This document shows, piece after piece, positions 33,004-42,361 of a stretch of DNA of 64,000 nt. Numbering within the stretch: position 1 is the stretch's first letter; every line of letters begins with the position of its first letter. The stretch is taken from assembly GCA_038256675.1 (NCBI GenBank), contig JBBSKC010000001.1, positions 14,652 to 78,651 of the forward strand. The letters are read 5' to 3'. The notes under the pieces were generated by a model. The model was not told the origin of the DNA and searched no databases. It saw only the letters and a list, made by a program, of their open reading frames with translations. Source of the DNA: Solirubrobacterales bacterium (GTDB lineage: Bacteria > Actinomycetota > Thermoleophilia > Solirubrobacterales > 70-9). Both the position numbers and the translations under genes were made by a program.

Positions 33004-34107
33004 CTAGGCGCCATGTGCCTCTTCCCAGTGACGGTAGTCGTCGGTGAAGTAGCGCAGGCGGATCTTCTTGTACTCGGTCGACGAATACAAAGTGGCGCGA
33101 TCGTCCGGGCCCATGCCGCAGTCTTCGGCGATCGAATCGAGGATCGCGTCGCACTCCTCTTTCGAGCGGCCGTGGGCCATGGTGAAGACGCTGTAGGGCC
33201 AGTCTTCGTAGGTCGGTCGCTGGTAGCAGTGCGAGACGCCGCGGAACGAGGCCATCCGCCGGCCGACCGTGTCGATATCTTCCTCCGGTACCCGCCAGAC
33301 GCCCATGCCGTTGGCCGAGAACCCGGCGCGACGATGGAAGAGGATGGCGGCAACGCGGCGCAGGAGCTGACGTTCCTTCATGCCTTCGAGGTGCGCGAGA
33401 AACTCCTCGACGGACATGCCGACCTCATCGGCCGCGTCGTCGAACGGACGCGGGATCGCGGCCATCGGGCCCTGGATGGCCTTGATCACGGCGATGTCGG
33501 AGTCGTCATAGGGCTGCGCCTCGATCTCGCGGGGCGGCACGGCTTCGACCGTCGAGGACAGGGCATCGGTGCCCCCCTCCATCTCGAGGTTCATGTTGAT
33601 CTTGAAGAGGGTGATCGTCGGCAGCTGCCGCATCGACTCGGCGCTGGCTTCGTCCATCAGTCGCTCGAGCGACGTTTCCAGGCCGAGCTTCGAATCGGGC
33701 GGCGTGGCGATCGTGAACCAGAGGTTGAAGTCGTGGTTTCGCAGGTAGTTGTGTGAAACGCCGGGGTGAGCGTTGACCACGGCGGCGGCCCGCTGGGGGT
33801 TCTCCTCATCGACCTTGGCCGCGACCAGCATCGAGCTGTAGCCGAGCGCGCGGGTGTCGAAGATCGGAGTGATCTCGCGGATGATCCGGTTCTCGAGCAG
33901 CCGGCTGGTGCGCTCGAGCGTCTCGCTGAGCGAGATTCCGGCCTCGCCCGCCATCACGGCATACGGCTCCCGGACCAGCGGGAAGCCGGACTGCAGCACG
34001 TTCATCAGGCGCTTGTCGACCTCATCGAGGGGAATCGCAGCCCCGTCTTTGCGAGACCGGATCTTCAGGGTGGGCGCCGAGGGCGCCGATCTGCTCAGGC
34101 CAGCCAC
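33004..34107 (-). CDS. Fused two-module Lrp/AsnC-like protein of the siroheme decarboxylase family (NirDL/AhbAB-like)
   Basis: Two tandem halves: LMNVLQSGFPLVREPY...HPGVSHNYLRNHDFNLWFTI and VIKAIQGPMAAIPRPF...FRGVSHCYQRPTYEDWPYSVFTM. GTG at 34107 assumed (overlaps the hemB end). The ORF track extends to 34206. Confidence 0.7.
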   Translation of the reverse strand: MAGLSRSAPSAPTLKIRSRKDGAAIPLDEVDKRLMNVLQSGFPLVREPYAVMAGEAGISLSETLERTSRLLENRIIREITPIFDTRALGYSSMLVAAKVDEENPQRAAAVVNAHPGVSHNYLRNHDFNLWFTIATPPDSKLGLETSLERLMDEASAESMRQLPTITLFKINMNLEMEGGTDALSSTVEAVPPREIEAQPYDDSDIAVIKAIQGPMAAIPRPFDDAADEVGMSVEEFLAHLEGMKERQLLRRVAAILFHRRAGFSANGMGVWRVPEEDIDTVGRRMASFRGVSHCYQRPTYEDWPYSVFTMAHGRSKEECDAILDSIAEDCGMGPDDRATLYSSTEYKKIRLRYFTDDYRHWEEAHGA

Positions 34108-35066
34108 AGGGCTGCCTCCTTGGCGTAGTAGGTGACAATGAAATCTGCTCCGGCGCGCTTCATCGAAACGAGCGCCTCGGTCGCCGACCGCTGCTCGTCG
34201 AGCCATCCGTTCGCGGCCGCTGCTTTCAGCATCGAGTATTCGCCTGACACCTGGTAGGCGGCGACCGGGGCTCCGGTGTCGTCCTTCACCCGTCGCACGA
34301 TGTCGAGGTAATGGCTGGCCGGCTTGATCATCAGGGCGTCCGCGCCCTCTTCGAGGTCGAGCCGGGCTTCGCGGACCGCTTCGTCGCCGTTGGCCGGATC
34401 CATCTGGTAGCCGTGGCGGTCGCCTTCCTGCGGCGTCGAGCCGGCCGCCTCGCGGCAGGGTCCGTAGAACGCGGAGGAGTACTTGGCCGCGTAGGAAATG
34501 ATCGCGACGTCCGGGTGGCCCTCCTCGTCCAGCTGGTACCGGATCGATCCGACCCGGCCGTCCATCATGTCGCTCGGCGCGACGATGTCGGCACCGGCCT
34601 CGGCGTGCGAGATCGCGGTCTTCGAGAGCAGTTCAACGGTCACGTCGTTGTCGACTTCGCCGCTACGGATGAAGCCGCACTGGCCGTGCGAGGTGTACTC
34701 GCAGAGGCAGACGTCGGTGATCACCGTCAGGTCCGGGTGGGCCTCCTTCAAGGCACGCACCGCCATCTGGATGATGCCTTCGTCGTCGTAGGCGCCCGAT
34801 CCGGCTTCGTCCTTGTCACCGGGGATGCCGAAGAGCAGTACCGCGGCCACGCCGGCCTCATGAATGGTTCCGGCTTCTTCCACCAGCTCGGAGATCGAGA
34901 ACCGGGAGATGCCCGGCATCGCGGAGATCTCCTCCCGGACGCCGGCGCCGGCAGTCACGAAGAGAGGCTGGATCAGGTCGTCTGGCGAAAGGTGGGTCTC
35001 GCGGACCAGGCCACGAAGGGCGGGCGTCCGACGAAGTCGCCGCAGGCGAGTTGCAGGAAAACTCAT
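34095..35066 (-). CDS. hemB: Porphobilinogen synthase (delta-aminolevulinate dehydratase)
   Basis: 323 aa. RLRRLRRTPALRGLVRE, CLCEYTSHGQCG, VAPSDMMDGRV, SYAAKYSSAFYGP. Confidence 0.95.
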   Translation of the reverse strand: MSFPATRLRRLRRTPALRGLVRETHLSPDDLIQPLFVTAGAGVREEISAMPGISRFSISELVEEAGTIHEAGVAAVLLFGIPGDKDEAGSGAYDDEGIIQMAVRALKEAHPDLTVITDVCLCEYTSHGQCGFIRSGEVDNDVTVELLSKTAISHAEAGADIVAPSDMMDGRVGSIRYQLDEEGHPDVAIISYAAKYSSAFYGPCREAAGSTPQEGDRHGYQMDPANGDEAVREARLDLEEGADALMIKPASHYLDIVRRVKDDTGAPVAAYQVSGEYSMLKAAAANGWLDEQRSATEALVSMKRAGADFIVTYYAKEAALWLA

Positions 35067-35115
35067 ACCGGTCCAGTTTAGGGGGGTGGCACCGTCAGGG
35101 GCTGTGATGAGGCGC

Positions 35116-36459
35116 TCAGAAGCGGCGCAGCGCCAACCGGGCCAGGGCGCCGTACGCGACCGTGAGAATCACCAGATGCACCATCGGCAGCCAGACGGAA
35201 GGTCCGGCCAGCTCCAATCCCCCAGTGAGCGCATCAAGCGAGGGCTTGAACGGGAAGACCGCGGTCACCACCGAGATCACGGTCTCGATCGCCGGGCCGA
35301 CCGCGTCGTCGGGGACCAGGGAAAGCAGGGCGAACGGCAGGCTGATCATCACCGCGGCCAGGGTCGCGGCACGCACCTCGCGAGTTGCGGCCCCCAGGGC
35401 GGCACCGACCGCAGCGAAAGCTGTCGACCCGAAGATCGCAGCAAGGATCCAGATCGGCGCCCGGCTCCATTGAATCGTCACGAACAGCGACAGGGCCGTC
35501 AGGAGGATCAGGACGACTACCGTCCCGACCACGACACCGAGCCCGAGCTTTCCCAGCAGGATCTGGGCGCGGGTGACCAGGCCGGCGGTCAGACGGGTGA
35601 AGGCGTTCTCTTCTTTCTCGAGGGCGAGCGAGCCGGCGACCAGGAGGAGGGTCACGAACATCAGCGCGAAGGTCGCGGTCACGGCGACGGCGAACGTGTC
35701 GAGGCTCGGCGCGTCGTTCCCGACTTCGGTCTTCCTGACCTCGATCGGTTGGGCGATCGCGCCTAGGAGCGGGTCGGCCAGGTCGAGGTTCTCGGTCGCG
35801 AGCCCGGCGAACTTGATCACCCGCTCGAGTTCCTCCCGGTCGGCCGGGTCCTTCACCTGCTGTCGAACTTTCCTCAGAGTCTCTTCGCTGTTCCTGAGGC
35901 CGAGCACCTCAAGGTCCTGGCCGAGAACGCTGAAGCTACCCCCGTCGCGGATCAGCTGGATGTATTCACGGCCGCCTTCGGCCAGCCGCTGGGCGATCAG
36001 CTGGTTAGCCTCGGCCCGCAGGGCTTCAATCTGGTCGTCGACGATCTGGTTCTCGACCGCACTCGAGCCGTTGACGACCACCTCGATCTCGGGGGTCTGG
36101 GGAGCGAGTGATGCGAGTGATGCGATCTTGTCGCTGAGGTCCTCCGGCACGATCACCGCGGCCGTCGCCTCCCCTGATTCGACCAGGTCCAGCGCCTCGT
36201 CCCGGCTGTCGGCTTCGAGGCAGTCGACCCGGTCGCACAACCGGTCGCGGATCTCGTCGCCGTTGATCTCGTCCCCGCCGAATCCGAGCTCGGTTCCGGC
36301 CGGCAGCGAGTTGAAAAGCGCGACTTTCGACTGCTCCGGCCCGCGGGTCAGAGCAAATCCGACCAAAAGCGCGATCGCGATCGGGTAGATCACGAGCAGA
36401 GCCAGCTGGAGCGGCGACCGGCGGAGGATCTGAAGGTCCTTGAGCAGCAGCCAGCGCAT
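35116..36459 (-). CDS. ABC-2 type transporter permease
   Basis: 447 aa. One N-terminal TM, a large extracytoplasmic loop and five C-terminal TMs. Start overlaps the ATPase stop. Confidence 0.75.
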   Translation of the reverse strand: MRWLLLKDLQILRRSPLQLALLVIYPIAIALLVGFALTRGPEQSKVALFNSLPAGTELGFGGDEINGDEIRDRLCDRVDCLEADSRDEALDLVESGEATAAVIVPEDLSDKIASLASLAPQTPEIEVVVNGSSAVENQIVDDQIEALRAEANQLIAQRLAEGGREYIQLIRDGGSFSVLGQDLEVLGLRNSEETLRKVRQQVKDPADREELERVIKFAGLATENLDLADPLLGAIAQPIEVRKTEVGNDAPSLDTFAVAVTATFALMFVTLLLVAGSLALEKEENAFTRLTAGLVTRAQILLGKLGLGVVVGTVVVLILLTALSLFVTIQWSRAPIWILAAIFGSTAFAAVGAALGAATREVRAATLAAVMISLPFALLSLVPDDAVGPAIETVISVVTAVFPFKPSLDALTGGLELAGPSVWLPMVHLVILTVAYGALARLALRRF

Positions 36460-37181
36460 CAGTGGCCGGCTTTCTCGAGGAAGGCGAGGAAGGAAGTCTC
36501 CAGGTCCAAGTCGGAACCGTTCGGGGTGACGACCGCGTCCCTGAGCTCGACCGCGGTGCCGTCAAAGACTCCGCTGCCGTCGGCGACAACAAAGATGCGC
36601 TCGGCGTAACGCTCGGCCTCCTGGATGTCGTGGGTCGAGAAGACGACGGCGGTTCCGGAGGAGACCAGTCCGAGGATGAACTGCCAGAGTCGTGCCCGCT
36701 GCGCCGGATCGAGGCCGACGCTCGGTTCGTCGAGCAGCAGCACCGACGGGTCGGCCATCAGTCCGACCGCGATGTTGATGCGCTGCTGGTTACCGCCGGA
36801 CAGCGTGCCGGCCTGGTCTCCCCGCCGGTCGCTCAGGCCGGTCAGCTCGATCATCTGCTCGACCCTTGCCGCCGGGTCGGCGTGGCCCTGGAGCCGCGCG
36901 AAGAGCAGCAGGTTCTCGGCGACGGTGAGCCGCCGGTAGATCGCCGCCTGCTGCGGCACCCAGCCGACTCCCCCGCCCTCACTCGCAACCGAGCCTTCGT
37001 CGGGCTCGGTGATGCCGGCGAGGATGGAAAGCAGAGTCGTCTTGCCGGCTCCGTTCGGGCCGATCACGGCGACGACTTCACCGGGACCGACCTTGAAGCC
37101 GATGCCGCTAAGTGCTTCGCGTTCGCCGAAGCGCTTGACGATGCCGGACGCCGCCAGTGCCTGGTTCGGAGGTTCAGCCAT
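36459..37181 (-). CDS. ABC transporter ATP-binding protein
   Basis: Start at MAEPPNQALAASGIVKRFG (ATG at 37181) inside ORF 36459..37445. Walker A GPNGAGKTT, signature LSGGNQQR, Walker B LLLDEP. Confidence 0.9.
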   Translation of the reverse strand: MAEPPNQALAASGIVKRFGEREALSGIGFKVGPGEVVAVIGPNGAGKTTLLSILAGITEPDEGSVASEGGGVGWVPQQAAIYRRLTVAENLLLFARLQGHADPAARVEQMIELTGLSDRRGDQAGTLSGGNQQRINIAVGLMADPSVLLLDEPSVGLDPAQRARLWQFILGLVSSGTAVVFSTHDIQEAERYAERIFVVADGSGVFDGTAVELRDAVVTPNGSDLDLETSFLAFLEKAGH

Positions 37182-37957
37182 CAACCGGCGGGCACCATGA
37201 ACGGCTCGATCGAATCGGCGAGTCCCGAAGTGTTGATGGTGATCGCCGCGCCCATCACCCAGACGTCTTCGGTAGCGGAATCGAACCGGACCGGCATCTC
37301 GGTCCGCATGCGTTCGATCGCCTGTTCTTTCTTGACTCCGAGCACGCTGTCGCGGGCACCGGTCATGCCAACGTCGGAGATGAAAGCGGTGCCGCCCGGC
37401 AGCACCCGGCCGTCGGCGGTGGGCACATGGGTGTGGGTTCCGCAAACCGCGGCAACCCGGCCGTCGAGATACCAGCCGAGCGCGACCTTCTCGCTGGTCA
37501 CCTCGGCGTGGAAGTCGACGAAGATCACGTCGGCCTTGCCTTCAAGTGCGGTCAGCAGGTTGTCGGCCTCGTCGAAGGGCGAGTGCGCCGCGCGCAGCCC
37601 GACCGTGCCGCTCAGGTTGATCACGGCCACGTTCATGCCGCCGGCTTCGACGACCAGGTGACCCTTGCCGGGATTTCCCTTGCGGTAGTTCGACGGGCGA
37701 ACCACCCGCTCGGCCTGGTCGAGAAATTCGTAAGCGTCACGGTGACGGTACGTGTGGTTGCCGAGGGTGATCACGTCGGCGCCGTTGTCGAAGATGTTGC
37801 GCGCAGTCTTCTCGGTGATGCCCATCCCCCCGGCCGCGTTCTCCCCGTTGACGATGGTCAGGTCCGGCGAATATTTCTCCTTCAGCGAAGGCATGGTCGC
37901 AGCCAGACCTTTGCGACCGGGAGAACCCACAACGTCTCCGATAAAGAGGATGTTCAC
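37181..37957 (-). CDS. YmdB-like metallophosphoesterase (TIGR00282 family)
   Basis: VNILFIGDVVGSPGR, VNGENAAGGMGIT, ITLGNH, GTHTHVPTAD. GTG at 37957 preferred over the ORF-track start at 37993. The stop shares one base with the ABC ATPase ATG (TGATG). Confidence 0.8.
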   Translation of the reverse strand: MNILFIGDVVGSPGRKGLAATMPSLKEKYSPDLTIVNGENAAGGMGITEKTARNIFDNGADVITLGNHTYRHRDAYEFLDQAERVVRPSNYRKGNPGKGHLVVEAGGMNVAVINLSGTVGLRAAHSPFDEADNLLTALEGKADVIFVDFHAEVTSEKVALGWYLDGRVAAVCGTHTHVPTADGRVLPGGTAFISDVGMTGARDSVLGVKKEQAIERMRTEMPVRFDSATEDVWVMGAAITINTSGLADSIEPFMVPAG

Positions 37958-38017
37958 CGCCCCGACCCTAGCGGGGAGGCGGGAAAACAGCACCGAGATA
38001 CGGAAAGTAGTCGATAA

Positions 38018-39586
38018 TCACGAACTTTCCGTACCTTGATCCCTTACGACCTGTGCTTCGTAGAACTCTTGGATCACCGGGACTACGTCTTTCAGTGCCC
38101 ACTGCTCCCTTTCGTCGGCGCTCTCGGGCCCGCAGTTCACGAAGAGGAGCGGACCCTCTGAGTCTTCTTTTCGCAGCGAGCCGTGGCTCCCCCCACCAAC
38201 ATGCGCGGTCCCTCCCCAGTCGAGGCATTCGTATCCGAGAGTGGCGCTGACCATCAGGTCTCCGGCGTGTGGGGCGTGAAGGGCGGAATGGAGGCGGCCG
38301 AGGCCGTCGGGGTATTCGGGGGTTTCGATTCTGCCTCCTTCGACCGAAGCCGAGAGAGCTTCGGTGTTGCCACTGACCGACCAGCTGTTGCCGCGCAGGT
38401 CAGTGACCGTTTCGCCGATGTCGGGGCCCTCGCCGGCCGGGCGGAAGCTGAAGCGCTCACCGCCCTTTTCGACCACCGCAACAAGCTCCCCCCGGCCGCC
38501 CAGCCCCGGGCCGGTGCGAATCACCGGGGAGCCATCCTCGTGTTCGAGCCAGCAGAGCAGTTCGACGCCGTCGATCGTCGCCGCGTGTTCGCGGACTCGT
38601 CGGTGGCGCACCGGGTTGTCCTGCTCGTCAAGCAGGTAAATGTGCGCGGCGCGCGAAGTCGGGCTGACCGCCAGCTCGGCGTCCTCGGGGTGGTCCTCGG
38701 AAGGCCGCAGCACATGCCACTTCTCGGCCATGCCTTCGATCAGGGAGAGCGGCTTTTCGACGTCGGTGTGGGCGTGGTCGGCCAATAGGATCAGCGCGTA
38801 ATCGGTGAGGAACCCGTCCATGCCGCCCGCCGCCCGGATCACTTCGGCCATGCAGAGGTCGGCCTGTTCAATCGAGTTCACCGAAGCAGATGGTCCGTGC
38901 CGGTGGGAGTAGTTGTCATTGTCTGGGAACGAGAGCAGCAGGAAGTCGAAGCGGTTCCGTGAAACGAGTTCAGCGGCGCAGCAGGCGGAGTAGCCGTCGC
39001 GCCGGCCTGGCACCGAGCTCGGCTTGCAGGGAACCTGCATCGAGGAATAGAGATCCCCGTAGAAGAGCTCTTTCGGCCCCCAGGTCCCGTAATCCATCTT
39101 GATCAGTCCGGATTCGATCGCCTTGCCGGTCAGTCCCTGCAGGGTCACCTGGTGACGGTGGCGGCCCCGGTAGATCAGGAACGGCGTGGCCGCGGTCCGC
39201 AGATCCCGGTCGTCGAGCGTCTCGAAGATCGTCTCGATACCCGGGTTGAGGTGGGCCATGTTCATGTTGTAGACGAGGTCGTGGAGCGAACGGAAGATGC
39301 CGAAGGCCCGTGAGGCTTCGAGCGAGGACCCGTACTCGACGTAGCGCCGCTCGACCCGGTGGAACCAGTTCATGCCGCTGATCCAGTGCTGGTCGGCGGC
39401 GACGCCCGTAACCATCTCGGCCGAAGCGACCGGGGTCACGGAGGGGAAGGAGGAGACGCAGTCCTCGACCAGGACCCCTCGCTTGATCAGGCGGCCGAAG
39501 GTCGGCGCCCGCCCCTCGGAGATCGTCTGCCTGAGCATGTCGGTCCTCAGCGAATCGACGTAGGCAAGTACGAGCTTTCGCTCCAT
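38018..39586 (-). CDS. Alkaline-phosphatase-fold nucleotide pyrophosphatase/phosphodiesterase family protein
   Basis: 522 aa. YVDSLRTDML, SSFPSVTPVASAEMVTG (Thr nucleophile context), LLADHAH, GGSHGS. Confidence 0.7.
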   Translation of the reverse strand: MERKLVLAYVDSLRTDMLRQTISEGRAPTFGRLIKRGVLVEDCVSSFPSVTPVASAEMVTGVAADQHWISGMNWFHRVERRYVEYGSSLEASRAFGIFRSLHDLVYNMNMAHLNPGIETIFETLDDRDLRTAATPFLIYRGRHRHQVTLQGLTGKAIESGLIKMDYGTWGPKELFYGDLYSSMQVPCKPSSVPGRRDGYSACCAAELVSRNRFDFLLLSFPDNDNYSHRHGPSASVNSIEQADLCMAEVIRAAGGMDGFLTDYALILLADHAHTDVEKPLSLIEGMAEKWHVLRPSEDHPEDAELAVSPTSRAAHIYLLDEQDNPVRHRRVREHAATIDGVELLCWLEHEDGSPVIRTGPGLGGRGELVAVVEKGGERFSFRPAGEGPDIGETVTDLRGNSWSVSGNTEALSASVEGGRIETPEYPDGLGRLHSALHAPHAGDLMVSATLGYECLDWGGTAHVGGGSHGSLRKEDSEGPLLFVNCGPESADEREQWALKDVVPVIQEFYEAQVVRDQGTESS

Positions 39587-39591
39587 CGGCG

Positions 39592-40053
39592 TTACCGGAG
39601 GACGCGCAAACCGGCGTGCTTGCGATCTGCACGCCGACGGCGACCGATCGCGAGCCAGACCAGTCCGGCCGCAGGCAGGATTGCGAACGGCGGGAAGACG
39701 ATCGAGATCGCGACGATGATCACCGCCGCGAAGACCGTGAGAAAGGAAAGTGCCGTCGTTCCGCCCCGCCTGGTGGCCCCCGCGATCACTCCACTCACCA
39801 CGACGCAGGCGAATCCGGCGAACAGCCCGCAGGAGATCGCGCCAAGGATCGACGATCCGTCAAAGGCGGCGCTTACGATGTAGCCAAGGGCAAGGCCGAT
39901 GATCCCGGCGAGGACGGTCATCCGTCCCCTGGCCGAGCCTTCGAGTCCGGTGGTACCGGCAATCATGCCGATGGCAATGCCGATCCCGGCGGCGAGGCAG
40001 ATTGTGGTGAATGCGCTGATAGATGGAGAATAGAACGATGGCGTCATCCCCAC
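39592..40053 (-). CDS. Small polytopic membrane protein, unknown function
   Basis: 153 aa, about four Gly/Ala-rich hydrophobic segments and a basic C-terminus. The start is uncertain because it overlaps the divergent aminotransferase start. Confidence 0.5.
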   Translation of the reverse strand: MGMTPSFYSPSISAFTTICLAAGIGIAIGMIAGTTGLEGSARGRMTVLAGIIGLALGYIVSAAFDGSSILGAISCGLFAGFACVVVSGVIAGATRRGGTTALSFLTVFAAVIIVAISIVFPPFAILPAAGLVWLAIGRRRRADRKHAGLRVLR

Positions 40054-41351
40054 CCCCCCGGCGGTCGCAGACCAGGTCCCGCGACCTGGAGCGGTACGCC
40101 TCGCTCTTCGCGAAGCGGACCCGGGTCATGCGTTCCTCGGCGATGCGGGACATGATGGCAATCACGGCCCGACCGGAAGTGATCTCGCTGGCCGGCGGCC
40201 TGCCCGACACCTCGACCTTCCCGGCCGGGGTCTTTTCCCGCGAGATGGATCACATCGCGAAGACCTCGCTTGCTGAAGCGCTTCAATACGGCCCGACCGA
40301 AGGCCTCGACAGCGTGCGCGAGCAGATCTCGAAGGTGATGGCGGCCGAAGGTGCCGTGGTCGATCCCGCCGACGTCACGCCAACCACCGGCGGCCAGCAG
40401 GCGATCGACCTGATCACCAAGGTCCTGATCGACCCTGGCGACGTGCTGATCTGCGACGCGCCGACCTATCCGGGCGCGATCCCGACCTTCTGCTCGTACG
40501 AGGCCGAGATCGTCCAAATCGAGTGTGACCAGGACGGCATGAAGATCGACGTCCTCGAAGAGACCCTCGTTTCACTGGCGGCGGAAGGCCGCAAGCCGAA
40601 GTTCATCTACTCGATCCCGACCTTTCAGAACCCTGGCGGGTCCACCCTCTCGCTCGAGCGGCGGCGCCGGTTGGTCGAGATCGCGCGGCGCGAGGAGATT
40701 CTCGTGGTCGAGGACAACCCCTACGGCCTCCTCCGCTACGAAGGCGAGCCGCTTCCAACGCTCTTGAGCCTCGACGGCGGGGATTATGTCGTATACATCG
40801 GGACGTTCTCGAAAGTCCTCTCGGCCGGCCTGCGTATCGGCTGGCTGGTTTCCCCCACCCCGATCCGCGAGAAGATCGTGCTCGGGAAAGGCGCGGCCGA
40901 CCTCTGCACTTCGACTTTGACCCAGGAGTTCGCCGCCCGGTACTTCGCCGAAGGGCAGTGGCAGGAGTACATCGCCGAGCTGATCGCGATCTACAGGAAC
41001 CGCCGCGACGCGATGATCGGTGCCATGTCCGAGTACTTCCCCCACGGGGCCTTCTGGACCAAACCCCAGGGAGGCCTCTTCATCTGGGCGACGATGCCGG
41101 ATGTGCTGAACACGGAGGACCTGCTGGCGAAAGCCCTCAGCCAGAACGTCGCGTTCGTCCCGGGGAGCTCGGCTTACGTCGACGGCCGCGGCGCCAGTTC
41201 GATGCGACTGAACTTCTCCGGAGTCAGGGAAGACCGGATCATCGAAGGCATCCGCCGGATCGGCGCGGTCGCCCGCGAGCAGCTGAAGCTCTACGAGACG
41301 ATGACCAGTACGGACGAGATGCGACTGCCACCCCCGGAAGGCGAAGCATGA
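40038..41351 (+). CDS. PLP-dependent aminotransferase, class I/II (2-aminoadipate/MocR-like, no HTH)
   Basis: ORF 40023..41351, ATG at 40038. SSAMRDMMAI, NPGGSTLS, GTFSKVLSAGLRIGW. Confidence 0.8.
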   Translation: MASSPPPRRSQTRSRDLERYASLFAKRTRVMRSSAMRDMMAITARPEVISLAGGLPDTSTFPAGVFSREMDHIAKTSLAEALQYGPTEGLDSVREQISKVMAAEGAVVDPADVTPTTGGQQAIDLITKVLIDPGDVLICDAPTYPGAIPTFCSYEAEIVQIECDQDGMKIDVLEETLVSLAAEGRKPKFIYSIPTFQNPGGSTLSLERRRRLVEIARREEILVVEDNPYGLLRYEGEPLPTLLSLDGGDYVVYIGTFSKVLSAGLRIGWLVSPTPIREKIVLGKGAADLCTSTLTQEFAARYFAEGQWQEYIAELIAIYRNRRDAMIGAMSEYFPHGAFWTKPQGGLFIWATMPDVLNTEDLLAKALSQNVAFVPGSSAYVDGRGASSMRLNFSGVREDRIIEGIRRIGAVAREQLKLYETMTSTDEMRLPPPEGEA

Positions 41352-42268
41352 AAGTCGCTCTGCTCCAGGGCGGCCGTTCGCTGGAACGAGGTGTGTCTCT
41401 TCGTTCAGGCGCGCGAGTCGCCGAGGCCCTGCTGGACCTCGGCCACCACGTTGAAACGATGGACCTGGGACCAGACCTCGTTTCACGACTCGAATCGACC
41501 CGGCCTGACATCGCTTTCATCGCGCTGCACGGAACCGAAGGCGAAGACGGGACCATCCAGGCGCTGCTCGAACTGCTTGGCATCCCTTACACCGGGCCGG
41601 GCGTCGCCGCCTGCCAGAGGTGCATCGACAAGAGCCTCGCCAAATACATCCTGCGCGAGCATGATCTGCCGACTCCGGACTGGGTCACCTATTCAGAGGC
41701 GGCGATCCGTGACTTCGGTGCCGCCTCGAGTTTCCCCCAGGCCGTCGAAGCGGTGGGCATGCCACTTGTCGCGAAGCCGGCATCCCAGGGCTCGGCCCTC
41801 GGGGTCAAGGTGGTCACCCGGCCGGAGGAAATCCCCGATGCCCTGATCACGGCGCTGAGCTACGACAGCCGGGCGCTTCTCGAAACCTGGGTGAGCGGTC
41901 GTGAACTCGCGGTCTCGGTCCTCGGCGACCAGGTGCTGCCGATCGTCGAGGCAATTCCCACCGACAGCAACTCCTATGATTTCGAGGCCAGGTACGAGAT
42001 CGGCGGAGCCGACTTCGTCTGTCCGGCAGACCTCGGGGGCGATAAGGCTGGAGAAGTCAGCCGCGTCGCCCTTTCCGCGTTCAACGCCCTCGGCTGCTCG
42101 GGCTTCTCGAGGGTCGACCTGATTCTCGGCGAGACCGGACCGCAGGTGCTCGAAGTCAACGCGATTCCCGGGCTGACCGAAACCTCACTCCTCCCCCAGG
42201 CAGCAGAAGCTGCGGGCATCGACTTCAACGAAATGATCGAACAGATCCTGGGACTGGCCCTCGAATAA
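41348..42268 (+). CDS. ddl: D-alanine--D-alanine ligase
   Basis: Start at MKVALLQGGRSLERGVSLRSG (ATGA overlap with the upstream stop) inside ORF 40958..42268. ALHGTEGEDGTIQALLELLGIPYTG, GFSRVDL, EVNAIPGLT. Confidence 0.9.
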   Translation: MKVALLQGGRSLERGVSLRSGARVAEALLDLGHHVETMDLGPDLVSRLESTRPDIAFIALHGTEGEDGTIQALLELLGIPYTGPGVAACQRCIDKSLAKYILREHDLPTPDWVTYSEAAIRDFGAASSFPQAVEAVGMPLVAKPASQGSALGVKVVTRPEEIPDALITALSYDSRALLETWVSGRELAVSVLGDQVLPIVEAIPTDSNSYDFEARYEIGGADFVCPADLGGDKAGEVSRVALSAFNALGCSGFSRVDLILGETGPQVLEVNAIPGLTETSLLPQAAEAAGIDFNEMIEQILGLALE

Positions 42269-42270
42269 GA

Positions 42271-42328
42271 CATCCAAGTCACTTCGCTCATTCGAAGTCA
42301 AGAATGGTTTCGCTGTGCGCCTTGGATG
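42271..42328. repeat. 58-bp intergenic repeat, copy A
   Basis: catccaagtcacttcgctcattcgaagtcaagaatggtttcgctgtgcgccttggatg. The ends form an inverted repeat (CATCCAAG..CTTGGATG). Confidence 0.85.
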
Positions 42329-42361
42329 GTGGCAACGTCTGACGCCGCCGAGAGTTGCTGC

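Noticed and set aside
41462-41480. Additional parS sites (GTTTCACGACTC at ~41469, TTCGTGAAACGA at ~54249, GTTTCACTGG at ~40569, GTTTCACGGG at ~60899)
   Set aside because: Only one half of the palindrome is present in each, and the other half shows no similarity.
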